NCBI GenBank assembly: GCA_963727445.1 | Contig: CAVSGI010000008.1 | Span: 448,001 to 512,000 of the forward strand | DNA length: 64,000 nucleotides | Direction: 5' to 3' | Origin: an uncultured delta proteobacterium | Lineage (GTDB): Bacteria > Myxococcota_A > Polyangia > Polyangiales > B10-G4 | Part shown: positions 20,804-32,532 of the stretch, one piece after another | How positions within the stretch are numbered: the first letter of the stretch is position 1 | Layout: the number at the start of each line of letters is the position of its first letter | Translations under genes and position numbers: made by a program | The notes under the pieces: model-generated | What the model saw: only the letters and a program-made list of their open reading frames with translations | Database searches by the model: none | What the model was told of the DNA's origin: nothing

Positions 20804-23282
20804 ATGACCTCGAAGTGCTCTTTTGCTCTCGCCCTCACCCTCGTGCTCGTCTGGGCGGCCCTGGGTTGTGGCGACGACGGAGCGGCCAGCGACGCCGACG
20901 TCGGCCCCGCGCTCGACAGCGGGATGCCCGATGGGATGGCGGACAGTGGGCCCGTGGATGCGGGGCCCCTGCCCTCGCTCCTCGCCCGCTTCTGCGGGAC
21001 ACGGGACTACGCGAGCACCCTCACGGCCGCGGTCCTCGAACCCCTCTCGGGCGAGCCCATCGGCGCGATCGAGAGCACCCTGACGGGCGGCGAGCTCGAG
21101 GCCGGCACCACCGAGTCCATCGCCATCACGCCGGCACACCCTTTCATCGTCCGCGCGCTCCGCGTCGCCTTCGCCAGCGGCACGGGCACGGCGCGCATCC
21201 GCCTGGTCGAGTCCTTCGGTCGTTCCTATCCTGCCAGCTTCCTCGGAGTCAGCGACACGGGCGACGTGGACGTGGTGCCGCCGGTGGAGATCGACGTCGA
21301 CGTCTCCGAGCCCGACGCCTTCATCGACATCGACGTGTCCGATGCCGAAGCGGTGCTGATGCCGGGCCGCGTCTACCACATCATCTACGAGCACCTCACC
21401 CCCGAGCCATTTCTGTCGATGGAGAGCGTGCCGGAGGGGGAGACGAACCGCTCCATCGTCCTGTTCGCGCGGGACGTGAACGCCTACGGCGTCCCGGGGA
21501 ACTTCCGGATGGTCGCCGAAGGCGACTACGCCTGCGCGTGGAGCGACGAGATGCGATGGCTGCAGCGTGACGATCCGCCCACCTTCGCCGAAGGCCCGGG
21601 CGGCAACGTACACGTCGCCGACATCGACTCGGATGGCCACGATGACGTGGTGGCGGTCGGCAACGAGCAGCCCGCTGTGTTCTTCGGAGATGGACGCGGC
21701 GGCTTCACCCGCAGCGCGGACGGCGTCTTTCCCGCGGACGAGGTGAAAGCGCATCACATGATCTTCGCCGACATCGACTCGGACGGAGATCAGGACGCGC
21801 TCGTCATGGTCTACATCCAGTCGGACGCCGACGGAGATGGTGTGACCGTGATGGATGGCGACTGCGACGACTCACTCCCCGGCATCCATCCCGGGGGCGT
21901 GGAGCGCCCCGGCAACGGCTACGACGACGACTGTGACGGCGTGACCGACGACGGCACGTCGACCGACGACGCTGACGGGGACGGGCAGTCGATCGCCATG
22001 GGCGACTGCAACGACAACGACGCCGAGATGAACGCGAGCGCTTCGGAGGTACTCGACAGCCGCGACAACGACTGCGACGGCACGGTGGACGAGGACTTCT
22101 TCCACCACGTCCTGCTCAACGACGGTGCGGGGCATTTCACGCGCCTCGCCGACGCCGGCGTCGAGGTGCAGGGCCCGACGGCGGCCTCGGGGATGGCCGA
22201 CGCGAACGGCGACGGCGTCCTCGATCTCTTCGTCGGCTTCTGGCTCCGGCATTATCCCGACGCACCCACCGACCCCAGCCTCTTCTTCTATGGCAACGGC
22301 GACGGCACGTTCCGCGAGGCCACCGAGGAGGCGGGGATGACGGTGGACACTCCGCACCCGGTCTACGGCGTGATGTGGAACGACTGGAACGACGATGGCT
22401 GGGACGACCTCTACGTCGGGCACTACCAGCTCAACGACAACCTCTTCTTCTCGAACGACGGCTCCGGGCATTTCGCGAACGTCGCCTCGGAGATCGGCGT
22501 CGACCACGACACCACCCCCACCATCGACTACCACTACCCCGGCGGCCACTCCTACGGCGGCGACTTCGGCGACCTCGACGGCGACGGAGATATTCGACGC
22601 CATCCTCTGCAATCTCTCGCACCCTCGCACCATGCCCTGGGCCGATCCGACGATGCTCGTCTTCAACGACGGTGCGCCGAGCTACACCTTCGAGAACCGC
22701 CGCGAGGAGTGGGGCATCGAATACAACGAGGGCGACGGAAACGCGCACTTCGGCGATTTCGACAACGACGGCGATCTCGACGTGGTGATCGCGTCGTTCT
22801 ACGGCCGCTACCAGCGCGCCTTCCGCCACGACGGCGACCACTTCACCGACGTCACCTACGAGCTCGGCCTCCACGTGCGCTCCGGCGTGACCATCTGGTC
22901 GGATCTCGACGAGGACGGACGCCTCGACTACGTCTCGTCGGACGGCGATGAGACCTTCGTCTACATGAACCGCCTCGAAAACGACAACGGCTGGATTGAG
23001 CTGCTCCTCGAGGGAACCGAAGCCAACCGTGATGCGATCGGCTCCCGCGTCACCATCGTCGCCGGGGGCCGCACGCTCGTCCGCGAGGTGCGCCCGAACG
23101 GCGGGCTGTCGAATCGACAAGCGTCGCGCTGGGTACACGTCGGCCTCGGCGAAGCCGCCGCGATCGATTCGCTGACGGTTCGCTGGCCGGGCGGCGGCGC
23201 GACCGAGACGATCTCCGGCGCGTCGCCCAACGGGCGCTTCACCGTGCGCCAGGGCGAGGGCGTCGCGACGCCCGCCGAGTAG
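20804..23282 (+). CDS. FG-GAP/CRTAC1 (ASPIC-UnbV) lipoprotein with inserted DxDCDG metal-binding repeats (frameshift ~22590)
   Basis: Lipobox LGC; multiple ADxDxDGxxD repeats; GDCDD..HPG..E..NGYDDDCDG repeats; C-terminal NRDAIGSRV..HVGLG..VRWPGG. Confidence 0.8.
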
Positions 23283-23305
23283 AGCACAACTCGTCGCGTG
23301 CGGCC

Positions 23306-26039
23306 TCAGAGCGCTTCGTCGCCGATGGTGATGGGCACGGTGGGCTCGAGCAGATAGCCGTCGTGGTGGCGGACGAGGATGTCGCGCAGACCGAGGCCGC
23401 GGAGGGTGGACATCGCGACGTAGACGCGGCTCGCCGCCGACCGTGGCTGCGCTTTTTGACCAGGCCAGCCGATCGCGAACATCTCTTCGACCGCGAGGGC
23501 GGTCCCCGGCGCGTGGACGCGCCTTTCCGCGAGCGCTCTGAGGAGCTTCGCCAGCGCGGCGCGCCGGGAGATGTCGACCACGTCGGCGCCGGGCGGACGA
23601 AAACGCTTTCCGTTCACGCTGACCTCGAGCCCCTGACTCGGCTCCGCCGGGGGCGGGATGGTGGCGTGCTCCGGCGCGCCCACAGCGCGCTCGAGCACCC
23701 GCAGCGCAGCCCTCACGTCGGCCGACCGCTGATGGAGGCGCCCCTTCCTCGCACTCCGCACGCGTTTCTGCGCTTGCTGCACATACCCGGCGGCCGCCGC
23801 GTGGTCGCCCCGTGCCTCCGCCGCCCGGGCGCGCGCCAGATCGACGTGGCCCCGGCACAGATGCGCCACCTCCCACCGCACCTCGTCGCCCACGCGCTCC
23901 ATGCACTCGGCCGCGTGATCGAGGCTCCGCCTCGGCGGCGTCGAGCGCGTCCTTCGTCGCGTGGAGGCGCCCCGACCACGCCCGGACCAATCCTTCGCCG
24001 AGCAGGTTCTTCGCGTCCCGGAGGAGCATCGCCGCTTCGTCGTAACGCGCCCGTGCGGCGAGCAGCTCGCCCTTCTCCTCGAAGCACGCCCCGAGATAGG
24101 CGAGCGCCAGCCCCGTGGACTGCTTGCGCCCGACGCGGCGGAATCCGTCGATCGCGCGCGCGTAGAGCGCCCGCGCCTCGTCCGGGTGCTCGCGCGCGAG
24201 GGCCACCTCGCCCGCCAGCATCGTGGCGACCGCCACGACGTAGTCGTCTCCGACCTCCACCGCCAGCGCCCGCGCCCCCGCTGCGCGCTCGGCCGCCTCG
24301 TCGAGGCGGTCCTGGTCGAGGTCGAGGTTGCCGAGGTTCGCGAGCGTCCGCGCCTCGTGTGCGCGGTCGCCGAGCGTTCGGTGGATCCCGAGCGCCCGCG
24401 CCCAGAGCGTGGCCGCCCCTTCGACGTCGCCCGAGAGGAGCGCCGCCCTTCCGAGCTCGGTGAGGGCCTGTCCCGCGCCTTCCTCGTCTCCCGCTGCATC
24501 ACAGAGCGCGACCGCCTCCCGGTAGTGCTCGGCCGCCTCGTCGAGGAAGCCGCAGGCCCATTCGAGCGCTCCGCGCGCTCGCGCGACCCGGGCACGCGAC
24601 CGCATGTCCGACGCCGCGAGCGCCTCCGCGTGCGCCAGATCCTCGCGCGCGGACGCGACGTCGCCACGCCTGAGGCGTGCTTCTGCCCGGCCGAGGTGCG
24701 CACGGAGCCGAAGCTGTGGCGGCGCCGAAGAAGCCCCTTCGGTCGCGAGCGCGCTCTCGGTCACCTCGAGATAGACGTGGCCCGGACCGCGGGCGCTCAG
24801 GATGGGCAGGGTGGCGAGAGCGATCGTCACGGCGGTCTCGCCCTGCCCCGCGTCGGTCGCCCAGCGGAGCGCCGCAACGAGCCCCTCGAGCTCGGCGGCG
24901 AGCGTGCGTCGGGCGCGGTCATCGCGCTCCGCGCGCTCCGCGAGCGCGAGACCGCGCTTCGCGAGATGCGCGGCGTGGGAGGCCCGGGCCGCCTCCCGGT
25001 CGACGGGGTCGAGCCTCCTCTCGGCGTATTCACGAATGGACGCATAGAAGCCGAAGCGCAGCGGCTCCCCCTCGTGCGCGGGCGCGCGCGCGACGAGGAG
25101 CGACTTGTCGCGCAGCGATTCCACGCGGCCCCGCCCGGCGGCGCCCACCACCGCCTCGGCCCCCTCCATGGTGAAGCCGTCGGGAAGCACGCTCAGCCGT
25201 GAAAGGACGCCGCGCTCCTCCGCGTCCAGGAGATCCCACGACCCGTCGATGGCGGCTTCGAGCGTGGCGTGACGGCCGACGCGATCGCGGCCGTGGCTGG
25301 TCAGGAGCTCGAAGCGCTTCGAGAGCTGGGTGTGGAGCTGAGACAGAGAGAGCGTTCGGAGGCGCGCCGCCGCGAGCTCGATGGCGAGGGGGATGCCGTC
25401 GAGCTCCGCCACCACCTCCGCCAGCACCGCGCCCTGGCCGCTGGGATCGAAGCCGTGTCGCACGGCGCGGGCACGCTGGCAGAAGAGCTGGACGGCGTCG
25501 CTGGCCTCCGGATCGGCTTCGACGACGGGGAGCGCGAGCGGCTCCAGATCGAGCAGCACCTCTCCGTCGAGATGGAGACGCTCGCGCGAGGTGACGACGA
25601 AGCACGTCTGCCCGCCCGCGCGCAGCCAGGCGCCCACGGTCTCGGCGGCGGTGAACGCGACCTGCTCGAAGTTGTCGAGGACGAGCAGCGTCGGAGGGCG
25701 CTCCGCCAGCGCGCCACCAATCCGCAGCGCGGCCTGGTCCGCGCTCGCCTGGCTGCGCAGGGACAGGGCGAGTGCGCGCGCGACCGACGTGCAGACCTCC
25801 GAGAGGGACCGGGCCGACGAGAGGTCGCAGAAGATGGCGCCGCCCGGGTAGCGCTCCGCCACCTCCCGTGCGTGCTCTACCGCGAGGCGCGTCTTGCCCA
25901 TGCCCCCGGGACCGAGGATCGACACCAGGCGGGCGCCTGCATCGAAGGCCTCCGCGATCTCGACGAGAGCGTCTCCTCGGCCGACGAAGGTCGAGGCAAA
26001 CGCCGGCAGCGATCGCGACGCGGGGACGCTCCGAACCAT
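23306..26039 (-). CDS. STAND-type ATPase + TPR + C-terminal winged-helix regulator (frameshift ~23925)
   Basis: FVGR, GPGGMGKT Walker A, LLVLDNFEQ, LDGIPLAIELAA, TPR repeats; C-terminal WPG..RVYVAMSTLR.LGL..GYLL in ORF 23306..24703. Confidence 0.8.
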
Positions 26040-26101
26040 GAACCCCGAGTATAGGGTCCCAGTCGCGGCCGTCGAAGGCGGCTGGTAGGCTCGAAATCCC
26101 G

Positions 26102-26701
26102 ATGCGCGCCTTCGACTGGCTCGACGATGACGACGACGGAGCACTCGACTTCGACGCGGCGACGCCCATCGAGACCGCGAGCCCTGGCCCGGTGACGATC
26201 GCGGGCACGCTGCGCGAGCTCGATCCGCCGTTGGATGCGCCCTCGGACGCCCAGCCCTGCCTCTGGTACCTGGCGGTCGCGGAAAGCCTTCCCCTCGACG
26301 CCCTGGCCCAACCGACTCGCGGCATGTGCCTGTCGCGGCGCGTGGGCGTGCGCTGCCTCATCGACGACGGAAAGAGCCTCGCCATCGTCGACCTCTCCGG
26401 CGCTCGTTTCGGTGGATCGATGCGGACTTACGATCTCGGTGCGCTCGGTCCACCGGCGCTCGACTGGGTCGGCGACCTGCGTGAGGAGGCCGGACACCCG
26501 CGCTTCACCGTGGACGCGGTGGCCCTTCACGAGCTCCGCGTCGGTGTCGGCGACGAGGTCGTGATCGAAGGCCGAGGCGCGTGGTCGACGAGCGAGGTCG
26601 CTGCGCTCGCCGCGGGCGGGATCGGCGGCGGCTACCGCAGCGCGCCTCGCGTGCTGGTCGTCACCGAGGTAGGCCGGGCAAACCGCCGCGGGCGCGGGTA
26701 G
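26102..26701 (+). CDS. Hypothetical protein
   Basis: 199-aa ORF between two genes, plausible composition, C-terminal GGGYRSAP. Confidence 0.6.
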   Translation: MRAFDWLDDDDDGALDFDAATPIETASPGPVTIAGTLRELDPPLDAPSDAQPCLWYLAVAESLPLDALAQPTRGMCLSRRVGVRCLIDDGKSLAIVDLSGARFGGSMRTYDLGALGPPALDWVGDLREEAGHPRFTVDAVALHELRVGVGDEVVIEGRGAWSTSEVAALAAGGIGGGYRSAPRVLVVTEVGRANRRGRG

Positions 26702-26705
26702 CGCC

Positions 26706-28058
26706 CTACTCGCAGAGCTCCGGCGGCGGAACAATCGCTTCGTGGAGGTCGGCGCCGTCCATCAAAGTGGCGGTGCCGGCGGTGGCGTCGAGGGAGTAGA
26801 CCTTCGCGCCGTCGCCGATGCCGACCTGCAGCTCCTCGACGCCGGTCAGGTAGAAGTAGCCGGTCTCGATCATCCCGTCGGCGGAGTTGTATTCGAGGAT
26901 GATCGTCTTTTCGCCGCCGGGTCCCGTCCCACACTCGACGCAGTAGCGCGCGTAGACGTCGTCGACCGTGGGGTCGTCGACCATCAGCTCGCCGCTGGTC
27001 GACATGACCAAGAGCCCACCCGCAGGGGTCGGGGTGGAGGTGACCATCTCGGTGTCGGTGGGGATGGCCAGGACCAATCGGTCGACGCCGCCGTCCGCGG
27101 AGAAGAGCGCGTCTTCCCAGCCGCCGCCGCCGAAGAAGTTGGGCCCGAGCCAGGTGGTGGTCTGAACGTTCTCGTCCACGTACCAGACGAAGACGTCGTC
27201 GCCGGCCCCGCCGAAGACCCGGAAGTCGTGGGTGTTGCCGCGAAGGACCACCATGTCGTCGCCGTCGGAGACGTCGAGGGTGTCGGTGCGTCCGCCGTCG
27301 CCGTTGCCCAGATCGATGGCGGCGCGATCGATGTCGCGCACGAAGACCCAGTCGTAGCCCGGGCCGGTGTGAACGGTCGCGGTGTCGATCTGCCAGCTGC
27401 CGTCGGTGCTCGGGGTGCAACCGGCGATGACGAGGTCGTCGTCGCGTTCTCCGCCGTCGGCGGTGGTGCCGGTGCGGAAGTCGAGGGTGTGAGCCTCGTC
27501 GAAGATGAGCACGTCGGGACCGCCCGCGAGGTTCCCCGTGATGCTGTGGATGTTGCCGGCGGGACCGAGGTCCATGTAGTCGACCCCGGAAGAGCCTTCG
27601 AAGTACTCGGCCGGTCCCTGGTAGTCGGTCGACGCCATCACCCCGACGAAGCGCCAGCCGTACTGGTGATCCATCGAGTCGACCATCGGCTCGAAGGTGC
27701 CGAGGTTGGACTCGAAGTTGCGCCAGTTCGCCAGGTCGTTCCCCGCGTCGTCCCAATCCCACTCGCCGGGCGGCAGGATGGGCGTGTCGTCGTGGCCGTC
27801 GTTGTATTCGTCGTCGAGGAGCCCCGCGAGGGGGAAGTCACCGGCAGCGGGCGACCAGCTCCCGTCCCAGGACCACTCGTTGCCGTCCGGGAAGCCCATC
27901 GCCGGGGGCGGCGGCGGGGGGGGTGAGGCGTCGCGACGGGTGCCGGTGTCGGCGCTGCCGTCGGCGCCGCCGCCGTCGGGCGTGTCGGACGAGTCGTCTC
28001 CGCAAGCCGTCGCCGCAATCGACATCACGAGAACCGAAGAAAGGAGGTGCCGGTGCAT
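26706..28058 (-). CDS. Acidic lipoprotein with RTX-like Ca-binding motifs
   Basis: Lipobox TAC-GDD; Pro linker; GGAGDDVF, TGPGYDWV, GSSGVDYM motifs. Confidence 0.65.
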   Translation of the reverse strand: MHRHLLSSVLVMSIAATACGDDSSDTPDGGGADGSADTGTRRDASPPPPPPPAMGFPDGNEWSWDGSWSPAAGDFPLAGLLDDEYNDGHDDTPILPPGEWDWDDAGNDLANWRNFESNLGTFEPMVDSMDHQYGWRFVGVMASTDYQGPAEYFEGSSGVDYMDLGPAGNIHSITGNLAGGPDVLIFDEAHTLDFRTGTTADGGERDDDLVIAGCTPSTDGSWQIDTATVHTGPGYDWVFVRDIDRAAIDLGNGDGGRTDTLDVSDGDDMVVLRGNTHDFRVFGGAGDDVFVWYVDENVQTTTWLGPNFFGGGGWEDALFSADGGVDRLVLAIPTDTEMVTSTPTPAGGLLVMSTSGELMVDDPTVDDVYARYCVECGTGPGGEKTIILEYNSADGMIETGYFYLTGVEELQVGIGDGAKVYSLDATAGTATLMDGADLHEAIVPPPELCE

Positions 28059-28092
28059 GATGCGTCGGAGCCTACCCCTCCCCCGGCGCGGG

Positions 28093-29169
28093 TCAATCAC
28101 CCGCGAGAAAGGCGCCGAGGGGGACGAAGAGCTCGCTCTCGAGGTGGTCGCCGATGGCCAGATCCCCGTGGCCGTAGTCGTGTCGACACCCGCCCTCGCG
28201 CCCCATCAGGACGAAGCGCTTGTCGATGCTCTCCGCGTCGCTGCCCCACCTTTCGTAGGCGACCCGCACGGCGCTGGCCTCGGCGATGCGGTCGGCGGTG
28301 CCGGCGAAGAAGATGGCGGGCAGCTCGACCGAGGGTAGCTCGGCTGCGATGTCCTCACCGTCCACGCGCACGATTCCGTCGGCGAGCGCCCAGGTCGCGA
28401 AGTCGGCCGAGAGCGGCGCCTGAACGTCCTCGATCAGGTTCACCAGCGCTCGCCGCGTCGTGCCCCGCCCGACGTTGTCGGGGTTGTAGATGAAGCGATG
28501 GATGGGCGTGCGCAGGAGCTCCACCACGAAGGCGGCCATGCGGGCGCCGAGCCGGAGCCACAGCCCGCGGAAGACGATGCGCGGAAGGAAGCGCAGGCGC
28601 CTCAGGATCAGGATGGGAGGCGAGACGCGCGCCGGGCTGCCGATGAACGCGACGCGGCGGAGCGCGTTGGGGGAGACGGTGCGCGTGAGGGCCGCGTAGA
28701 GGAGCATGCCGCCCATGGAGAAGCCGACGTAGTCGATCCGGTCGGCGTGGGTTCGGTCGCGGACGAAGGCGATCGCGTCGGGGATGTCGTTGTGAACCAT
28801 CGCGCGGAAGTCGACCTTCGCGCGCTGTGCCGCGCTGAGGGTGGGATTGCCGGAGCGAAGGGTCAGGAGCCAGACGTCGCGGCCCTGGTCGTGAAGGTAG
28901 CGGGCGACGGAACGGTCCGGCTCGGCGTCGACGTTGCGGTGGTTGGCGGCGAGGCCGTGAACGACCAGCACCGGCGGCTCGGTGGGCGTGGGGGGCGGCT
29001 CGAGCCGGTAGAGCGTGATGGGCACGTCGTCGTGGGTGACGAGCTCGTGGCGCTCCGAGTACTCCGCGGGCACCGTGAGGCGCCGCACCCAATACATGTA
29101 GTGGAGCCGAGCGAGGGCGAAGGAGACGAGCATCGCGGCGGCGATGCCCAGGATGAGGGGCCAATCCAT
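28093..29169 (-). CDS. Alpha/beta hydrolase (lipase/PHA-synthase-like) with N-terminal TM
   Basis: VVHGLAAN, GFSMGG nucleophile elbow, GTAD, YGHGD. Confidence 0.85.
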   Translation of the reverse strand: MDWPLILGIAAAMLVSFALARLHYMYWVRRLTVPAEYSERHELVTHDDVPITLYRLEPPPTPTEPPVLVVHGLAANHRNVDAEPDRSVARYLHDQGRDVWLLTLRSGNPTLSAAQRAKVDFRAMVHNDIPDAIAFVRDRTHADRIDYVGFSMGGMLLYAALTRTVSPNALRRVAFIGSPARVSPPILILRRLRFLPRIVFRGLWLRLGARMAAFVVELLRTPIHRFIYNPDNVGRGTTRRALVNLIEDVQAPLSADFATWALADGIVRVDGEDIAAELPSVELPAIFFAGTADRIAEASAVRVAYERWGSDAESIDKRFVLMGREGGCRHDYGHGDLAIGDHLESELFVPLGAFLAGD

Positions 29170-29227
29170 TGGTTGACGGCGGAGCCGAGAAGGGATTTCT
29201 TCCCACGAGGGAGTGAACGAGAAATTC

Positions 29228-30305
29228 ATGGCCGATGACGACGCCAGGGACAAGCGCTGGCTCCTCTATGGAGCCAACGGCTACACCGGCGAGCTGATCG
29301 CCGAAGCCGCGAAGAAGCGGGGCGAAGAGCCGAATCCTGGCCGGTCGCACGGCGTCGAAGATCGAGCCTCTGGGCGAGCGCTTCGCGCTCGAAACCCGCG
29401 TCTTTTCGCTGGACGACCCCAGCGCCGTCGTCGCCTCCCTCGAAGACGTGAGCGCGGTGCTCCACTGCGCCGGCCCCTTCTCCGCCACCAGCGCGAAGAT
29501 GGTGGACGGCTGCGTCGCCACCGGCACCCACTATCTCGACATCACCGGAGAGATCTCGGTCTTCGAGAGCTGCCACGCCCGCACCGAAGAGGCGGCGGAA
29601 GCCGGCGTGACCCTCATGCCCGGCGTGGGCTTCGACGTCGTGCCCACCGACTGTCTGGCGGCGTGCCTCGCCGAGGCGCTTCCCGACGCCGAACGGCTGC
29701 TCCTCGCCATCTGTTCGCTGGGCGCGCCGAGCCAGGGCACGGCGAAGACCGTGGTGGAGAGCCTCTCGGACGGTGGCGCGATCCGGAAGAACGGTTGGAT
29801 CGAACGCGTCCCCACCGCGTACCGCACCCGCACCATCCCCTTCCACGACAAGCCGCGGGCGGCGATGACCATCCCCTGGGGCGACGTCGCGACGGCGTAC
29901 TACTCGACGGGCATCGGCAACATCGAGGTCTACATGGCGGTGCCCCAGCGCGCGATCCTCGCGGCGAAGGTGAGCCGGCCGTTCACCCCCTTCCTCGGCG
30001 TGCCCGCGATTCAGCACGCCCTCGAGTCGCGCATCGAGCGCGGACGGCGCGGGCCGAGCGAGGAGGCGCGCGCTCGCGGGCGCTCGGAGGTCTGGGGTCG
30101 CGCGGAGACCGCGTCGGGGCGCGGCGTCGAAGCGACCCTGACCACGCCCGACGGCTACGCCCTCACGTCGATGACCGCCCTCGACGCGACGATTCGGACC
30201 GTGCGCGGGGAGGCGCGGCCGGGTACGCTCACTCCGTCCATGGCGTTCGGCGCGCGGTACATCGAGCAGTTCGAAGACTGTGAGCTGCGGCTGGAGGGCG
30301 CGTGA
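29228..30305 (+). CDS. Saccharopine dehydrogenase-like / trans-acting enoyl reductase family oxidoreductase (frameshift ~29334)
   Basis: YGANGYTG, HCAGPF, HYLDITGE, GVGFDVVPTDC. Confidence 0.85.
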
Positions 30306-31831
30306 GCACCACGGACCTGGCGCGCTATGACAAGCTGCCCTCGATCGACGTGCTTCGCGCCGCGCTGCGCGAAGCCTTCTCCCTGGAGCTGAACATCATC
30401 GGCACCGAGGGCCCCGTCTCTCACGTGCGCGGCGGGGTGATGACCTCGTCGAGCGACGCCTGCCGCGCTTCGCTCTTCTCCCGCGAAGGCTTCAAGCGCT
30501 GCGACGCGTTCTACGAGGAGCTCGGCAACACCGGCGACCGCGAGGTCGCCCGCAGCTGTCATCTGGGCCTCGCGGCGCTCTCGGTGCCGGCCGTGCTCGA
30601 GGACCGGGTTCTCTGTCACGTCGTCGCCTCGGGCTTCAACGCCACCGCCCTCGAAGGCTGCCCGCCGGTCGACGCGACCAAGCTCGCCCGCGCGCTGGCC
30701 GAGCTCGATCCGAACCTGCCCGACCCCGGGGAGCACGCGCGCCGGCTGCCGGTGGTCAAGGGGAGCCGACCGCGCATCGTGCGCGCCATCCTGCGCACCG
30801 CGGCGCGCGAGATCACGCGTTACGAAGAGGAGCGACGGGCGCGCCTGGCCGAGACCGACGCCGACCGTCCGGGGCTGTGGGGCATCGTGGGGCGATCGCC
30901 GCAGATGCTCGAGCTCTTCGAGGCGATCAAGCGGGTGGCGAACAGCGAAGCGACCGTTCTGATCCAGGGCGAGAGCGGCACGGGCAAGGAGCTGGTCGCG
31001 CGCGCCATCGTCGAGCACGGACCGCGCTCGCGCGAGCCGTACATCGCGCAGAGCTGCGCCGTGATGAGCGACGAGCTCCTCGAGAGCACGCTCTTCGGTC
31101 ACGTGCGCGGCGCCTTCTCCGGCGCGGTGCGCGGGGGCGAAGGTCTCTTCGGCGCGGCCGAGGGCGGCACGCTCTTCCTCGACGAGGTGGGCGAGATGAG
31201 CCCGTCACTGCAGGTGAAGCTCCTGCGTGTGCTGCAGGACGGCAGTTACATGCCGGTGGGCGCCACCAGCCCCAAGAAGGCCGACGTCCGGGTCATCACC
31301 GCCACCCACCGCGACCTCGCGAAGATGGTCGAGACGGGAGAGTTCCGACAGGACCTCTTCTATCGCCTTCACGTAGTGCCGGTGAGGCTGCCGCCTCTGC
31401 GCGAGCGCCCCGGCGATGTGCGCCTCCTCGTCGAGTACTTCCTCTCGCGCGCGGGCGAGACGCCGAGGCGCGTCTCCGACGCCGCGTGGACCTGCCTCGA
31501 GCGTCATCCCTTTCCGGGCAACGTCCGCGAGCTCGAAGCCGAAGTGCAACGCTGGGAGCTCACCGCTGCCGGCGCACGAGAGATCGGCCCCGAGCACCTC
31601 TCCGCCGCCATCCGCCGAGCGGGCGGCTACGGCGAAGGAGACACCGCCAAGAAGGCCGCCGACGCCGCCGCCGGCGAAGGCACACTCGCCGAAGCCGTCG
31701 AAGAGCTCGAGATCGCCATCATCCGCCGCGGTCTCGAGCGCACCGACGGCAACCGCACCCAGCTCGCCAAAGAGCTCGACATCAGCCGCACGACGTTGAA
31801 CGAACGCCTGAAGCGATACGGGTTGGATTAG
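30302..31831 (+). CDS. Sigma-54-dependent activator with N-terminal PocR-like sensor, AAA+ and Fis HTH
   Basis: RSCHLGL..VP PocR-like motif; GESGTGKE, GAFSGA, FLDEVGE, FRQDLFYRL, PGNVREL, GNRTQLAKELDISRTTL. Confidence 0.9.
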   Translation: MSTTDLARYDKLPSIDVLRAALREAFSLELNIIGTEGPVSHVRGGVMTSSSDACRASLFSREGFKRCDAFYEELGNTGDREVARSCHLGLAALSVPAVLEDRVLCHVVASGFNATALEGCPPVDATKLARALAELDPNLPDPGEHARRLPVVKGSRPRIVRAILRTAAREITRYEEERRARLAETDADRPGLWGIVGRSPQMLELFEAIKRVANSEATVLIQGESGTGKELVARAIVEHGPRSREPYIAQSCAVMSDELLESTLFGHVRGAFSGAVRGGEGLFGAAEGGTLFLDEVGEMSPSLQVKLLRVLQDGSYMPVGATSPKKADVRVITATHRDLAKMVETGEFRQDLFYRLHVVPVRLPPLRERPGDVRLLVEYFLSRAGETPRRVSDAAWTCLERHPFPGNVRELEAEVQRWELTAAGAREIGPEHLSAAIRRAGGYGEGDTAKKAADAAAGEGTLAEAVEELEIAIIRRGLERTDGNRTQLAKELDISRTTLNERLKRYGLD

Positions 31832-31860
31832 GCGGGAAGGCGCGAGGACGCGCGCCCGGC

Positions 31861-32532
31861 GGGGCGGAGGGCGGCGTGCGTGCGGCTGGTTGAGGGCGGG
31901 CGTTGGGGGGTCTCGGCTGCAACGGGCATTGGATGGCGCGGTTCTGACCGGCTGTTGCTGATGGGGAAAGGGGTGGCCGGTGTGCAGGGCGGAGGGCGGC
32001 GTGCGCGCGGCTGGGTGAGGGCGGGGGTTGGGGGGTCTCGGCTGCAACGGGCATTGGATGGCGCGGTTCTGACCGGCTGTTGCTGATGGGGAAAGGGGGT
32101 GGCCGGTGTGCAGGGCGAAGGGCGGGGTGCGTGCGGCTGGGTGAGGGCGGGGGTTGGGGGGTCTCGGCTGCAACGGGCATTGGATGGCGCGGTTCTGACC
32201 GGCTGTTGCTGATGGGGAAAGGGGGTGGCCGGTGTGCAGGGCGGAGGGCGGCGTGCGTGCGGCTGGGTGAGGGCGGGGGTTGGGGGGTCTCGGCTGCAAC
32301 GGGCATTGGATGGCGTGGTTCTGACCGGCTGTTGCTGATGGGGAAAGGGGGTGGCCGGTGTGCAGGGCGGAGGGCGGCGTGCGCGCGGCTGGGTGAGGGC
32401 GGGCGTTGGGGGGTCTCGGCTGCAACGGGCATTGGATGGCGTGGTTCTGACCGGCTGTTGCTGATGGGGAAAGGGGGTGGCCGGTGTGCGGGGCGGAGGG
32501 CGGCGTGCGTGCGGCTGGGTGAGGGCGGGGGT
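31861..32532. repeat. Tandem array of ~5.3 G-rich 126-bp units
   Basis: TCTCGGCTGCAACGGG recurs at 31911, 32036, 32162, 32288, 32414 (spacing 125,126,126,126). Confidence 0.95.
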
